Assembly: GCA_965214835.1 (NCBI GenBank)
Contig: CBDCCK010000002.1
Location: 2,560,001-2,624,000, forward strand
DNA from: Nitrosopumilaceae archaeon
GTDB lineage: Archaea; Thermoproteota; Nitrososphaeria; Nitrososphaerales; Nitrosopumilaceae
DNA length: 64,000 bases
Direction: 5' to 3'
Below, one piece after another: positions 45,479 through 56,181 of this stretch. The position numbers were made by a program, and so were the translations under genes. Numbering within the stretch: position 1 is the stretch's first letter; each line of letters opens with the position of its first letter. The notes under the pieces were generated by a model. The model saw only the letters and a program-made list of their open reading frames with translations, was not told the DNA's origin and searched no databases.

Positions 45479-46168
45479 CTAGTGCCTCTTTGGCAGGAAC
45501 GGAATCAGCGCCCTTGCAAACTCCATGATGTTCTTGGTCTGAAGGTATACCGTCCCCGGGCCCGTAATCTCGATAATCAGCGCCTCCCCGCCAAACAGGG
45601 TCGTCTTCAGGCTTCCGTGCTTTGTGATCCTGTACCCCGCGGTGGAGCTCAGGGCCACCAGCTGGTAGTTGTCCAGATGCATCCTTTCGCCGGACTGCAG
45701 CTCCTTTCTCAGTATTCCACCCCACGCGTTGACAAACATCCTGCCGGTACCGACGGTCTTTAACATGAACAGATTGCTGCCAAAAACCCCCTTTGTGAAC
45801 CCCTGCCACTTTGTATCCAGCTCCAGATCTGCAGTAGAGCACACAAAGGAGCCCGACTGGACGATAAGCTCCTCGGCGACGTCGATGGCCTCGATGTCGC
45901 CCAGCATGTTTCCGGTAAGCCCGAGCCTGCAGCCGTCCTCCTCGGCGGTGAACTCGTTGACAAAAAACGACTCCCCGCCCAGCGCCGCGGCCTTGAGCGA
46001 CCTGAGGAATCCCCCCCTCCTCATCCGGGTCTCGGTCCTGATGTCCCCCCTCATGAACACCATTGCCGCGGCCTCTGCGGTGACGCTCTCGCCCCGGTTC
46101 AGCGTGAACTCTACCAGCCCCATCGGGTTTTTCACGATCTCGTATTCCATGCAGTGCCGCTGCGCCAT
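45479..46168 (-). CDS. TIGR00266/AIM24-family protein
   Basis: ESVTAEAAAMVFM, GGESFF and GGEALI..TGPG.VYLQT. Confidence 0.9.
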   Translation of the reverse strand: MAQRHCMEYEIVKNPMGLVEFTLNRGESVTAEAAAMVFMRGDIRTETRMRRGGFLRSLKAAALGGESFFVNEFTAEEDGCRLGLTGNMLGDIEAIDVAEELIVQSGSFVCSTADLELDTKWQGFTKGVFGSNLFMLKTVGTGRMFVNAWGGILRKELQSGERMHLDNYQLVALSSTAGYRITKHGSLKTTLFGGEALIIEITGPGTVYLQTKNIMEFARALIPFLPKRH

Positions 46169-46968
46169 GATCTAATAAACGATCGTATGCTGCCAATCAC
46201 AGGTTCCTGAAAAGCACCGAACCCCCTCGGGCGGGCCTCGTGATTTCAAGCTGCATACGGGACGCCCCCATGCATTCAGACGGCATGCGCCCCGTCATCC
46301 CAAATGCAAGATGACACCCGGAGGACGGCACGTCCATCTTTGGCCGCCGCTCCCCGATGCGGCGTGCCTGCGGCGCTCAGTCCGGCCACAGGCATCCCCC
46401 GTTTGCCCTGATGCAATACCTCATGAACCACTTTAGAAAGTGCATCTTGTCGCCGCCAAACTGCGAGCGCTCAAGCGCCCCAAAGTAGCGTCCCCTGCTT
46501 TGATCAGCAAGAGCGGACATCCGTTTTGTGCAGCATATGGTCCGTTGCCAGCCTTGAGATCCTGCCGCCTCCGTCCGCAAACGGGTGCATCGACACGCGC
46601 CTAAAGCATGCAAGCGCCGCAAGCTCCACGGGGTTTCTTGACCCGTCCTGCCGCTAGGGTTCAGCCAGCTGAAAAACCCCCTTACCCACTTGGATCTCCA
46701 GAACCGTCGCAAACTCCACGTCCAGATTGGTCGCCACGCCGACGGCGTGAGACCAAAGCGAGCTTGCCTCCTCGATCTTTGTCTGTCCGAACACCCCTCC
46801 ACCGGTGTCTCCCAGGGTTACTTCTGGGAAGACTGTATGGTAAAAGCCGGCGTTGCCCCTCCTCCCCCTTATGACGTTCACCGCGGCACTGTTGGGTACC
46901 GTATGGTTATGAATCCAGTAATTTGCATAAAATTCGGTACCCAATGCATCGCTCATGGCCCGGCAGAT

Positions 46969-47556
46969 TCAGGACCTGGCCCCCTCCTCCTCGTGCAGCC
47001 TCTTTACTCGCCTGATGATCTCCTCGAACTGAGAAATCTTGGTGGATTCAAAAAGGGCCTCAAAGTGGCAGTGGATTTTCCCCTTCATCGTATTGCCGCT
47101 TGCCGAGCGGAGATCCCCATAGATCCAATCTTCGCAGGAGTCGATGACGCCACCAAACTCGTCTTTGTACTGGCCATGCTCATCCTCGTCTGCCTCAAGC
47201 GAGAATTTCGCCGAGGTGAACGCGTCTCCCCCAAACTGGATGCGCATGCCGTCTATGTGATCTGACTCGACCGGCTCGATCGTAAACAACATCGACTCGT
47301 CTTCTGGGATGTATCGGCAGCCGGATATCGAATAGCTGCGGCCCTCCATGGCTTCGTCAATCAATGCATTGAACACGTGGCCTGCCGAGGCCGTGTGCAC
47401 CAGCCCCTTTATCGCATCCTCAAGCGACTCGCCATTTGCACGGACAGGTGACAGACGATCCATGAAATCCAGCAGGCGCGCGACCATCCGTTCCGGCGTG
47501 GTCTGAAACTCCTCGGCCATCCCCATTATCAGCTCCTCGTCGACCTCTACCTTCAT
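46969..47556 (-). CDS. Acidic hypothetical protein, paralog A
   Basis: 195 aa, highly similar to 48087-48674. Confidence 0.75.
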   Translation of the reverse strand: MKVEVDEELIMGMAEEFQTTPERMVARLLDFMDRLSPVRANGESLEDAIKGLVHTASAGHVFNALIDEAMEGRSYSISGCRYIPEDESMLFTIEPVESDHIDGMRIQFGGDAFTSAKFSLEADEDEHGQYKDEFGGVIDSCEDWIYGDLRSASGNTMKGKIHCHFEALFESTKISQFEEIIRRVKRLHEEEGARS

Positions 47557-48086
47557 CGGATTCCCTTGGCCGCCGATGGTTAATCAGTGTTTGTCGCCTT
47601 GGTAGGGGGCAGGGCATCCGGATGCCATCATCATTGCAGCCGCACCGGCAAAAAGGACGCGGGCGCTCCCAAAAAGGAACTGGGTCAGGAACTGCAGCGG
47701 ATCAAGGTTGTTGAGCACCGGCAAAAAGGACGCGGGCGCTCCCAAAAAGGAGCCCCGAGAAACATGGATTCCACCGGTTACTTCCTGCCGGCCGCCACGC
47801 ATAAGACCTCCGCCCGGCTTGCAGGAGCTGCCGAAAACCCATGCGGTCTCATCCTGGCAAGCGGTGCAGAATGGGGCGGAAATCCAGCAAGGCGCGCGGA
47901 TCAGATGCATCAAAGCATACCACGCTCAGTGAACTTCCCCGGATGCCCCTCTGGAATCGTCTTGGAAAGACCGAGTCCGGCCGGCCCTGCAATGTCTTGT
48001 GTCGTCACCGGGATAAAAGACAAGCCCCCACGCATTCTGGGGGAGACAGGGCCAGCATGCAGGGTGGCAGGATAATGCCTTGATCC

Positions 48087-48674
48087 TCAGGACATGGATC
48101 TCTTCATGTCGTGCAGCCTCTTGACTCGCCTGACAATCTCCTCGAATTCAGAAATCGTGGCAGATCCAAAAACATCCTCAAAGGCGCAGTAGATTTCCCC
48201 CTTCATCGCATTGCCGTTTGCCGAGAGGAGATCCCCATAGAGCCAATCTTCGCAGGAATCGATGACGTCGTCAAACTCGTCTTTGTATTGGCCATGCTCA
48301 TCCTCGTCTGCCTCAAGCGAGAATTTCGCCGAGGTGAACGCGTCTCTCCCAAACTGGACGCACATGCTGTCTATGTGATCTGACTCGACCGGCTCGATCG
48401 TAAACAACATGGTCTCCTTTCCCATGTCGTGCTGGCATCCGTATATCAAATAGCTGCGGCCCTCCACGATGTCGTCAATCATCGCACCCGCCGCGCGGCC
48501 TGCCGAGGCCGAGTTTGCCAGCTCCCTGACTGCATCCTCCAGCGATCCTCCCTTTGCACGGACAGGCGGCATCTGGTCCATGAGAACCAGCAGGCCCTCG
48601 GCCATATGTTCCGGCGTGGTCTGAAACTCCTCGGCCATCCCCATTATCAGCTCCTCGTCTACCTCCACCTTCAT
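48087..48674 (-). CDS. Acidic hypothetical protein, paralog B
   Basis: 195 aa; about 95 bp upstream is also duplicated. Confidence 0.75.
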   Translation of the reverse strand: MKVEVDEELIMGMAEEFQTTPEHMAEGLLVLMDQMPPVRAKGGSLEDAVRELANSASAGRAAGAMIDDIVEGRSYLIYGCQHDMGKETMLFTIEPVESDHIDSMCVQFGRDAFTSAKFSLEADEDEHGQYKDEFDDVIDSCEDWLYGDLLSANGNAMKGEIYCAFEDVFGSATISEFEEIVRRVKRLHDMKRSMS

Positions 48675-49511
48675 CGGATTCCCTTGGCCGCCGATGGTTA
48701 ATCAGTGTTTGTCGCCTTGGGAGGGGGCAGGGCATCCGGATGCCATCATCATTGCAGCCGCACCGGCAAAAAATACACGGATGCTCTCAAAAAGGAACAC
48801 AGATCACATGGATTCCACCATCAGACTGACCGACGTTTCCGTCGGCTCGGCCTCTCAAAATGGAACACAGATCACATGGACTCCATCCGGTTATTTCCTG
48901 CAGCCCAGCTTGCAGGAGCTACCGAAAACCCATGATGTGGGATTGCCTCTTTCAGTAATCCTGCAGCGTCATGCCAAATAAATCCACATCTGCTCTCAGT
49001 CTTCCCAGTACCGCATCAAATCATCCCCGGCTCGAAACAATTCAGATGAGGCTGCCTGCAGATCCGCATGTTACCTCCTGTACCGCCACGAGTCGGTTAC
49101 TTCTGGGAAGGCTGGCTCTCAACAACTGGCAGTTTCCTTCACTTGGCTTCCATGCTCTTGAACCCCAAATTGTCGGATCGAGACGAGGTTGTCGCGTAAT
49201 TCTACCTATCTGACTCAATCTGTACGTTTTTCTGAACTTCTGCCCCTCTTGCACGCCTCGGTCCAGATGACATCGTATGGTTTTCAGGAGTTCTGATGAA
49301 TTACGCGACAACCTCGATCGAGACACATTTTGATCACCGCATTTGAGGCAGCACATGACAAGTATGATCACCTGCACCCGCCAATCAGGCACGAATCGGC
49401 ATGTGCAATTATGGTTTCCATGCATGGCCAGCATTGGATATGACCCCATACTGTTACGTATCATGGATTTTCGACTCCTGTCTTGCAGTGCCAGGATGTC
49501 TCCTATGCACG

Positions 49512-50048
49512 TTAGAGTTTCTTCTCTATCATTTCCAAGGAAGAGATCATCCTTGTCATGACGCCCATCATCTCGCCATGGTTTTGATTCTGGGATGACG
49601 CCATCTCCTTCTGGGATGACGCCATCTCCTTCTGGGATGACGCAATTTCCTTGAGGATTTCGGTATGGGTTTTCAGGGTATCATCTAACGCGTCAAACCG
49701 CTTGTGAAGGCTCCTTACTACCCGGCGTGTTGCCAGCATCATGTATATTCCTACGGAACCGGCGATAATAAAGGCGCCTCCCAGAGCAGTCTTCCCAGAG
49801 GTTCCCCACAAAGCGGCTTCAAACTCGAAGCGGTTCAAGCAAAGCTGCCTACAGATCCGCATATGGCCGTCTGCACCCCCACGAGTCGGTTACTTCTGGG
49901 AAGACTGCAGAGCCTGCAGCATCTCTGGGTGAAACGGATCCAACCCAGATGACAGAGTGGCTGCCCCTGCTACGACTATTGCAATCAGAAAGGAGTTGTC
50001 TATCACAATCTCACTCAAGTTTCTTGAACCGTCCTGCGGGTTCATGAT
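49512..50048 (-). pseudogene. Two-TM plus coiled-coil protein interrupted by a MITE family 1 copy
   Basis: Removing 49787-49907 plus one TSD gives ...EMLQALGGAFIIAG...; 21-bp repeats (SSQKEMA). Confidence 0.75.
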
Positions 50049-50438
50049 GACTTGCCCCCACTCATGTTGAATGTGGCAAGGCATTGCAGTGTCCTTTCGC
50101 GATGATTTGACAGCAGTTGAGAATTCATCCACCAATCCTTCCCACATACATCAGTACTTCCTATAGTGGCGACTGAAGGTCTTTGATCACCAAAAGGTGT
50201 CTTCCTGCGTAGTTTACACCCATGTGTGCTCAAAAACTTTTAATCGTCACCATAGGTGTGCTTTTGCAGACCCGGCACGGCATAGCCGCTAATTTCGTTT
50301 ACGCATAAGGTCTTCTCCAAATTACGCAATTACCGTGCCTGTAAAAGTACACCTAGCAAGTGCTGACATAGCAGCCGGCTTCCTGTGCGGAGGATTTTAT
50401 CAAACTGCGGGGCGAGGATGCGTTCAGGAGTCCCTGAT

Positions 50439-50618
50439 GTTCAAAAAATAGCACGGCAGGCCGCCACGGTGCACCGGTATCGACAACTGCTTGGGACAGA
50501 TATGTCGGAGTTCAAAAAATAGCACGGCAGGCCGCCACGGTGCACCGGTATCGACAACTGCTTGGGACAGATATGTCGGAGTTCAAAAAATAGCACGGCA
50601 GGCCGCCACGGTGCACCG
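50439..50618. repeat. 71-bp tandem repeat, about 2.5 copies
   Basis: Units start at 50439, 50510 and 50581 and are identical. Confidence 0.95.
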
Positions 50619-51049
50619 TACTGACTCGGCGCCTCCGCAGAGGCCGGGCAGGCTCTCGGCACAGTCCTGCAGAGAGATAGTCCGAAATTGTACGAGGTCA
50701 CCTGCCCCTACCAATCAGGCACGAATTGGCACGTATGGTTATGATTTTCACGCCTGGCCAACGGGGGGACGTGACCACATACCCGAAATTAAAAGCCGTA
50801 CGAATTTTTCAAGTGATCTCATAGATAATCTGTATTTCGTTGACATTTTGGGTTGTTTTATGCAAATTTGTTCACAAATAATCAGGGTTTACTAACTTCG
50901 AACCAACTCCCAGGGGACGCCGAGATACGACGCAGGCAGGCGCGGCCTGCAGCCAAAGCATCTAATGAGTCACACCGTCTTGTGTATCAAATTAGACCAC
51001 ATAGATCTAATATCTGATCGCAGAAACCATACAATGCAGGAGGTTTGCA

Positions 51050-51298
51050 TTGGCCAGGACTAGGAGGGCAAACAGGTACTGCGTCGACTGCGGCGCAAGG
51101 CTGGTCTACTATCCCAGGCTCTCAAACCCAAAGGCGCCCAACGAGCACCGCGTCCTGGTGTACGCCTGCCCGGACTGCACCGAGGACTTTGAGCGCCCAA
51201 AGATGTTTTCGATAAGGCGCAACCAGGTCGAGGATCCGCTTGAGGCCGTCGAGGTCGAGATCACGCAGGTGCAAAAAAAGGCAGGCAGTGCGCGGTGA
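51050..51298 (+). CDS. Small zinc-finger protein
   Basis: CVDC...CPDC; GGAGG RBS upstream. Confidence 0.75.
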   Translation: MARTRRANRYCVDCGARLVYYPRLSNPKAPNEHRVLVYACPDCTEDFERPKMFSIRRNQVEDPLEAVEVEITQVQKKAGSAR

Positions 51299-51381
51299 GT
51301 CCCGGGCGGCATCCTGAGGTGGGGCCGGGCGCCGCCCGTGCCGGAGATGCCTTTTGGCTTTGAGGGTGGATCCGGCGGCAA

Positions 51382-51612
51382 GTGATCCAAACCCTATTAA
51401 TAAAGCCGCAGACGCGTAATCCCGTGCTGCGCAAAGCATACCCCGTGTTCATAGGCCTGCTGGCACTTGGCGCCATAATCATATCCGTAGGGATGATAAT
51501 CGACAGCGACGAGTACTGGCTGGTTGCCGACTATACGACCATCGGCATCTTTGCGGCCTCTGCCGTATTCCTGATCGTATTCAGGCAGAGGGGGTATGGA
51601 CGGCAACTATAG
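51382..51612 (+). CDS. Small two-TM membrane protein
   Basis: Two hydrophobic helices. Confidence 0.5.
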   Translation: MIQTLLIKPQTRNPVLRKAYPVFIGLLALGAIIISVGMIIDSDEYWLVADYTTIGIFAASAVFLIVFRQRGYGRQL

Positions 51613-51819
51613 CCTGCAGGCTTTGCACAGGGCATCGCGGACTGTCCGCCCGGGCCAAGCCGCGAACCGCAGGGCGGCCTGCGTGCATCCCCGAGTTGTG
51701 GGATCATCTCACGAGTGGGCAGGAGCCCAAGGGATTCCAAGACAGGCAGCTCGGAGCTGACACAATCATCAAGGCAGGTTCACACAAGGGTTAAAGGGCG
51801 CACGTGACAAACCACTCCC

Positions 51820-52020
51820 ATGCATCCCGAAAAACAAAGGAGCAACATGTGGTTTCTTTTGCCGATATTCATGAATGTGTGCGGCGGACTGATCGCATAC
51901 TTTGTCCTGCGGCATGACGACCCCAGAAAGGCCAAAAACTGCCTCTATCTCGGAATCGCCCTGATAGCAGTCGGCATCACGACAAGCTTGATCTTTTCAC
52001 TGACAGGCATAGACATGTGA
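51820..52020 (+). CDS. Small two-TM membrane protein of Nitrosopumilus type
   Basis: WFLLPIF...GGLIAYFVLRHDDPRKAKNCLYLG. Confidence 0.75.
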   Translation: MHPEKQRSNMWFLLPIFMNVCGGLIAYFVLRHDDPRKAKNCLYLGIALIAVGITTSLIFSLTGIDM

Positions 52021-52248
52021 GGCATAACAGGCAGCAGCTGATCCTTCCGGGGATCTGTAGCCTCAGGCCAAGAGCCGCGTGGACGGATCAGCTGCGGCCG
52101 TCCGGGCCTTTCCCTGCGGCGTTTTTTTGTCTGGGCATCATTCTGTCTTTTTTTGAAAGGTTCCGGCGGGCCGGAAGCGCCGCTTTGCCATCCCCTACAA
52201 GAGCTGCCTGCAGAGTACAGTCATAAGTAGAGGGCCGCACGGGATGTC

Positions 52249-52698
52249 ATGGAGGCGGCAAGGCTCAGGGACAGCGTGGAGAGGTGGCTGATCCACGAAA
52301 GCTACAGGTTCTCCCAGGTACAAAATGATGAAAACAACTTTACCCTGACGGTAAAGCATGCAGGCTCATTTGGAAACCAGATTGAGATCTTCAGTCCAAG
52401 GCAGCAAAACGTCGTCCTGGTAGTAGGCAGCCTCGTTCCCCTGGCAAACCGCCAGAATGCCAGGTATCAAAAGCTGAACCATGCGCAAAGGGAGGGCCTT
52501 GCAAGAAGGATAGGCGACTATTGCCACTCCATAAGGGCCATAAACAGGGTGATGCTGGAGGACGGCAAGCTGACAGTCGGCGCATACGCGGTGCTAGATG
52601 ACGAGGAAAAGCTCAACCAGCACGACTTTGCCGATACCATGGTCCTGGTGGCAGAGATGGGCGACAGGGTGACCCGGTTTTTGCTAAAGACGTTCTAG
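52249..52698 (+). CDS. DUF2299-like protein
   Basis: LRDSVERWLIHE.Y.F...ENNF N-terminus, recalled from this family. Confidence 0.65.
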   Translation: MEAARLRDSVERWLIHESYRFSQVQNDENNFTLTVKHAGSFGNQIEIFSPRQQNVVLVVGSLVPLANRQNARYQKLNHAQREGLARRIGDYCHSIRAINRVMLEDGKLTVGAYAVLDDEEKLNQHDFADTMVLVAEMGDRVTRFLLKTF

Positions 52699-53115
52699 CT
52701 CCGGGCACCCACAAGGCCGGATCACACAAAAGCCTCGACTCGGGCTCTTGCTCTGCCGGCCAGACGAGACCATGGTGAGGCTTGTACAGCACCGCTGCTC
52801 TCATGGCGCAAATATTTTACCCGTATTCTTCCTGCACTTTTTGCATGCCTCATTTACAGCAACATGTCCCCCCAATGTGGCATGATCCGGGACTCACGTA
52901 CGAGGCCGCCCGCCACCCCAGTCAGGCACAAGCTGGCGCGTATAGCCCGCACCAAAAAAATCCCAAAGGTTCCAGTTCGACTTACTGCATGGAGACGGCG
53001 GCGATCCTGTCAGGACGGCGCGGCACGCATGCAGCTGCGCGCTCTACTGCATGCCGGCGCGCATGATCTTCGCCGGCGCGGCGATCAGCATCACGCTTAT
53101 GAATGACACCACAGA

Positions 53116-56100
53116 ATGCCATGCATGATTGTTCTGCATGCCGGCGCGGCCGACAACGGCATGGCGTTCTGGGGCGAGATCGCAGGCGACGGTAAGTCTC
53201 GCAGGCCCGCAAGGGGCAGGAAGGCCAAAATCAGCAGGCACCCGTACTCTGCTACCGAGCAGGAGATCAGCGACAGGTTTGCAGCGCAGAGGGGCATGAA
53301 GGCCAGGGGGCGCCCCGTCGCTGCAAGCGTATGGCTTCCAAGTACGGGGGACGGCCCCCTCCCTTCGGGCGGGGGCGGCATGCAGCCAGGATCCGGCGTG
53401 GAGATCAGCCTCATGCGGTGGGGGATCAAGGCGGTATTGCTCTCGTGGATGGACTCCATACGGGTGCTCTCAGAGGTGGTGCGCAACAGGGATGTCGTGG
53501 CCGGGATGGCCGTCGGCCCTGACCTTGCATACTGGGCCGACGTCCTGCGCCTTGCCGCATCGATGGTGGCGTGCCAGAAGTTCATACCGGATATGTCGAC
53601 GTATGACGGCTCGTGCGAGGCATACTGGATCCCCCTGACCACAAGCAGGGACCGGGAACGGCTCGACGTCCTGGCAGCCCGCATGCCGCCGGCCGCCCGC
53701 GCGCTTGATCACGCCAAGAAGACCATACCCAGGGAGCCGCCCACCAGGTTGCTCTACACTGCTTGGGCCGGCCTAGTCGACGGCATCGTGCGCGCCAGGG
53801 CGTTGGCAGGGGTGCCGCGAGGATATACCAGGCGGAGATACTTTGACAGCACGCATGACGGCTGGCTTCACTCCCTGAGGACCGAGTACCCCGCCATGGG
53901 TGACTACCCGGTCGTCACCGCGTTTGAGGAAAGGGTACACGTATGGCAGCGCCCGCTCGCCTACCTGAGCGACCCGCTTCTAAGGATGTGCCTCCGCCTC
54001 GAGGATCCCCAAGAGGGCGTGGACGGATCCGGCCTGTACTGGCCCATCAGGTACTTTGTACAGTCCCGCAAGGATCCCGGCCTCATGGTTCCTGCCGACG
54101 AGATATGGAGTAAAAAGACTGCCATTCCGGGGCTCGACGGCGCATATGCAAGGGGGTTCATGATGACAGCGCTTGGGAACGCCACCACGATAGTAGACGG
54201 AATGTCCGAGGGCATAAAAAAGTACGGGGTGGCAGGATATGCCGTCGGCACCGCCGAGGCCCACAGGTTCCTGCGCGAGGAGGCGCCTGTCCTAGAGCAG
54301 TTCGGATACGGCGTCATGCTGCCCTCGTGGTGGGCCGGCGGCCGCGCGGGGGCCGGGCTGAGGGCGCGTGCCAGCGTGACATCAAGAATGAAGACCGGCA
54401 GGATGCTGGACATAAACTCCCTGGTCAGCTTCGACTGGAAGCTTGCCCTAGGGGATCAGGGCATCACGCTGGACGAGCTGCGGGGGCTGGCAGAGGAGAA
54501 GGCGCCGCTGGTCAACATGTACGGCAGGTGGATCGAGACGGGGTCAGAGGAGATCCGGCGCACGATAGACTTTGTGACAGAAAACGAGACGGCCACCGTC
54601 CGCGACGCGGTAATGATGGAGATCGGTGCAGGCACAGCGCCCGAGTGGGTGGATCTCGATGTCTCCAGCAGCGACGACAGGATTGCCGGCATGATGGGGA
54701 TGCTCAGGGGGGACGCGGCGATGAAGGAGCTGCCGCAGCCCGAGGGGTTCGAAGGCACGCTGCGCCCGTACCAGCTGCGCGGATACTCGTGGCTGTCGTT
54801 CCTGCAGGAGATCGGCATGGGCGGGTGCCTGGCCGACGACATGGGGCTGGGCAAGACCGTCCAGGTGCTGGCGCTGATCCAGCAGTACAGGCTGGACGGC
54901 GGGAGGCAGCCGGTACTCCTAGTCTGCCCGACGTCGGTGATGGACAACTGGAGGAGGGAGGCCGCCAGGTTCGCCCCCGGCATCTCGGTGGCAGTCCACC
55001 ACGGATCGGACAGGAGGAGGGGCGACGCGTTTGCAGAAGAGGCCGCAGGACACGACGTGATAGTCTCCAGCTACGGTCTGATACAGCGCGACATAGAATC
55101 GATCAGCAAGGTCAGGTGGGGGGGCGTGGTGCTTGACGAGGCGCAGAACATCAAGAACGCCGACACCAAGCAGGCGCGTGCAGTCAGGACGCTGGATGCC
55201 GGGTTTCGCTTTGCGCTGACGGGCACGCCCGTCGAGAACAACGTCGGCGACATCTGGTCGATAATGGAGTTTCTTAACCCCGGGCTGCTCGGGACCCGGG
55301 CCGAGTTTAGGCGGAATTTTTTTGCGCCCATACAGACGAGGAGGGACGCCGCGGCAACCGAGACGCTCAGGCGCATAGTAAGCCCGTTCATGCTGCGCAG
55401 GCTCAAGACGGACAGGTCGGTGATCTCGGACCTGCCAGAAAAGATGGAGGCCAACACCTACTGCTCGCTGACCCGCGAGCAGGCCTCCCTGTATGCTGCC
55501 GTGCTCAAGGATCTCGAGGAGGGGATCAGCTCGGCCGAAGGCATACAGCGAAAGGGGCTCATACTGGCAGCGCTGACCAAGCTCAAGCAGATCTGCAACC
55601 ATCCGGCGCATTTTCTCAAGGACGGCTCGTCCATACCGGACCGGTCCGGCAAGCTGTCAAGGCTGACTGAGATGCTCGAGGAGGTGACAGAGTCCGGCGA
55701 TCAGGCGCTGATATTCACCCAGTTCGTCGAGATGGGCGAGATACTCAGACGGCACATATGTGAGACGACCGGCCGCGAGGTGCCGTTCCTGCACGGCGGG
55801 ACGCCGAGAAGGCAGCGCGACGTGATGGTAGAAAGGTTCCAGGACGGCGGATCAGGGGTGCTTGTGGTCTCGCTCAAGGCTGGGGGTACAGGTCTGAACC
55901 TGACGGCGGCAAACCACGTGTTTCACTTTGACCGCTGGTGGAACCCGGCAGTCGAGGACCAGGCCACCGACAGGGCGTTTCGCATAGGGCAGGAGCGCAA
56001 CGTCCAGGTACACAAGATGATATGCTCCGGTACGCTAGAAGAGCGGATAGACGAGATGATACGCCGCAAGAAGGAGATATCCGACGAGGTGATCGGCACC

Positions 56101-56181
56101 GGCGAGGGCTGGCTGACGAGCCTTTCTGATGATGACATCCGCAAGGTGCTGTCTCTGAGCAGGGAGGCCATCCAGATATGA
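53116..56181 (+). CDS. SNF2/SWI2-family helicase (DUF3670 type)
   Basis: LRPYQ, LADDMGLGKT, DEAQNIKN, LTGTPVEN and DRWWNPAVEDQATDRAFRIGQ. Confidence 0.96.
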   Translation: MPCMIVLHAGAADNGMAFWGEIAGDGKSRRPARGRKAKISRHPYSATEQEISDRFAAQRGMKARGRPVAASVWLPSTGDGPLPSGGGGMQPGSGVEISLMRWGIKAVLLSWMDSIRVLSEVVRNRDVVAGMAVGPDLAYWADVLRLAASMVACQKFIPDMSTYDGSCEAYWIPLTTSRDRERLDVLAARMPPAARALDHAKKTIPREPPTRLLYTAWAGLVDGIVRARALAGVPRGYTRRRYFDSTHDGWLHSLRTEYPAMGDYPVVTAFEERVHVWQRPLAYLSDPLLRMCLRLEDPQEGVDGSGLYWPIRYFVQSRKDPGLMVPADEIWSKKTAIPGLDGAYARGFMMTALGNATTIVDGMSEGIKKYGVAGYAVGTAEAHRFLREEAPVLEQFGYGVMLPSWWAGGRAGAGLRARASVTSRMKTGRMLDINSLVSFDWKLALGDQGITLDELRGLAEEKAPLVNMYGRWIETGSEEIRRTIDFVTENETATVRDAVMMEIGAGTAPEWVDLDVSSSDDRIAGMMGMLRGDAAMKELPQPEGFEGTLRPYQLRGYSWLSFLQEIGMGGCLADDMGLGKTVQVLALIQQYRLDGGRQPVLLVCPTSVMDNWRREAARFAPGISVAVHHGSDRRRGDAFAEEAAGHDVIVSSYGLIQRDIESISKVRWGGVVLDEAQNIKNADTKQARAVRTLDAGFRFALTGTPVENNVGDIWSIMEFLNPGLLGTRAEFRRNFFAPIQTRRDAAATETLRRIVSPFMLRRLKTDRSVISDLPEKMEANTYCSLTREQASLYAAVLKDLEEGISSAEGIQRKGLILAALTKLKQICNHPAHFLKDGSSIPDRSGKLSRLTEMLEEVTESGDQALIFTQFVEMGEILRRHICETTGREVPFLHGGTPRRQRDVMVERFQDGGSGVLVVSLKAGGTGLNLTAANHVFHFDRWWNPAVEDQATDRAFRIGQERNVQVHKMICSGTLEERIDEMIRRKKEISDEVIGTGEGWLTSLSDDDIRKVLSLSREAIQI

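Noticed and set aside
46969-48674. DGR template/variable repeat pair
   Set aside because: Both copies are full ORFs, differences are not adenine-restricted, and no reverse transcriptase is in the window.
50439-50618. CRISPR mini-array
   Set aside because: The apparent spacers are identical and no cas genes are present; a simple tandem duplication explains it.
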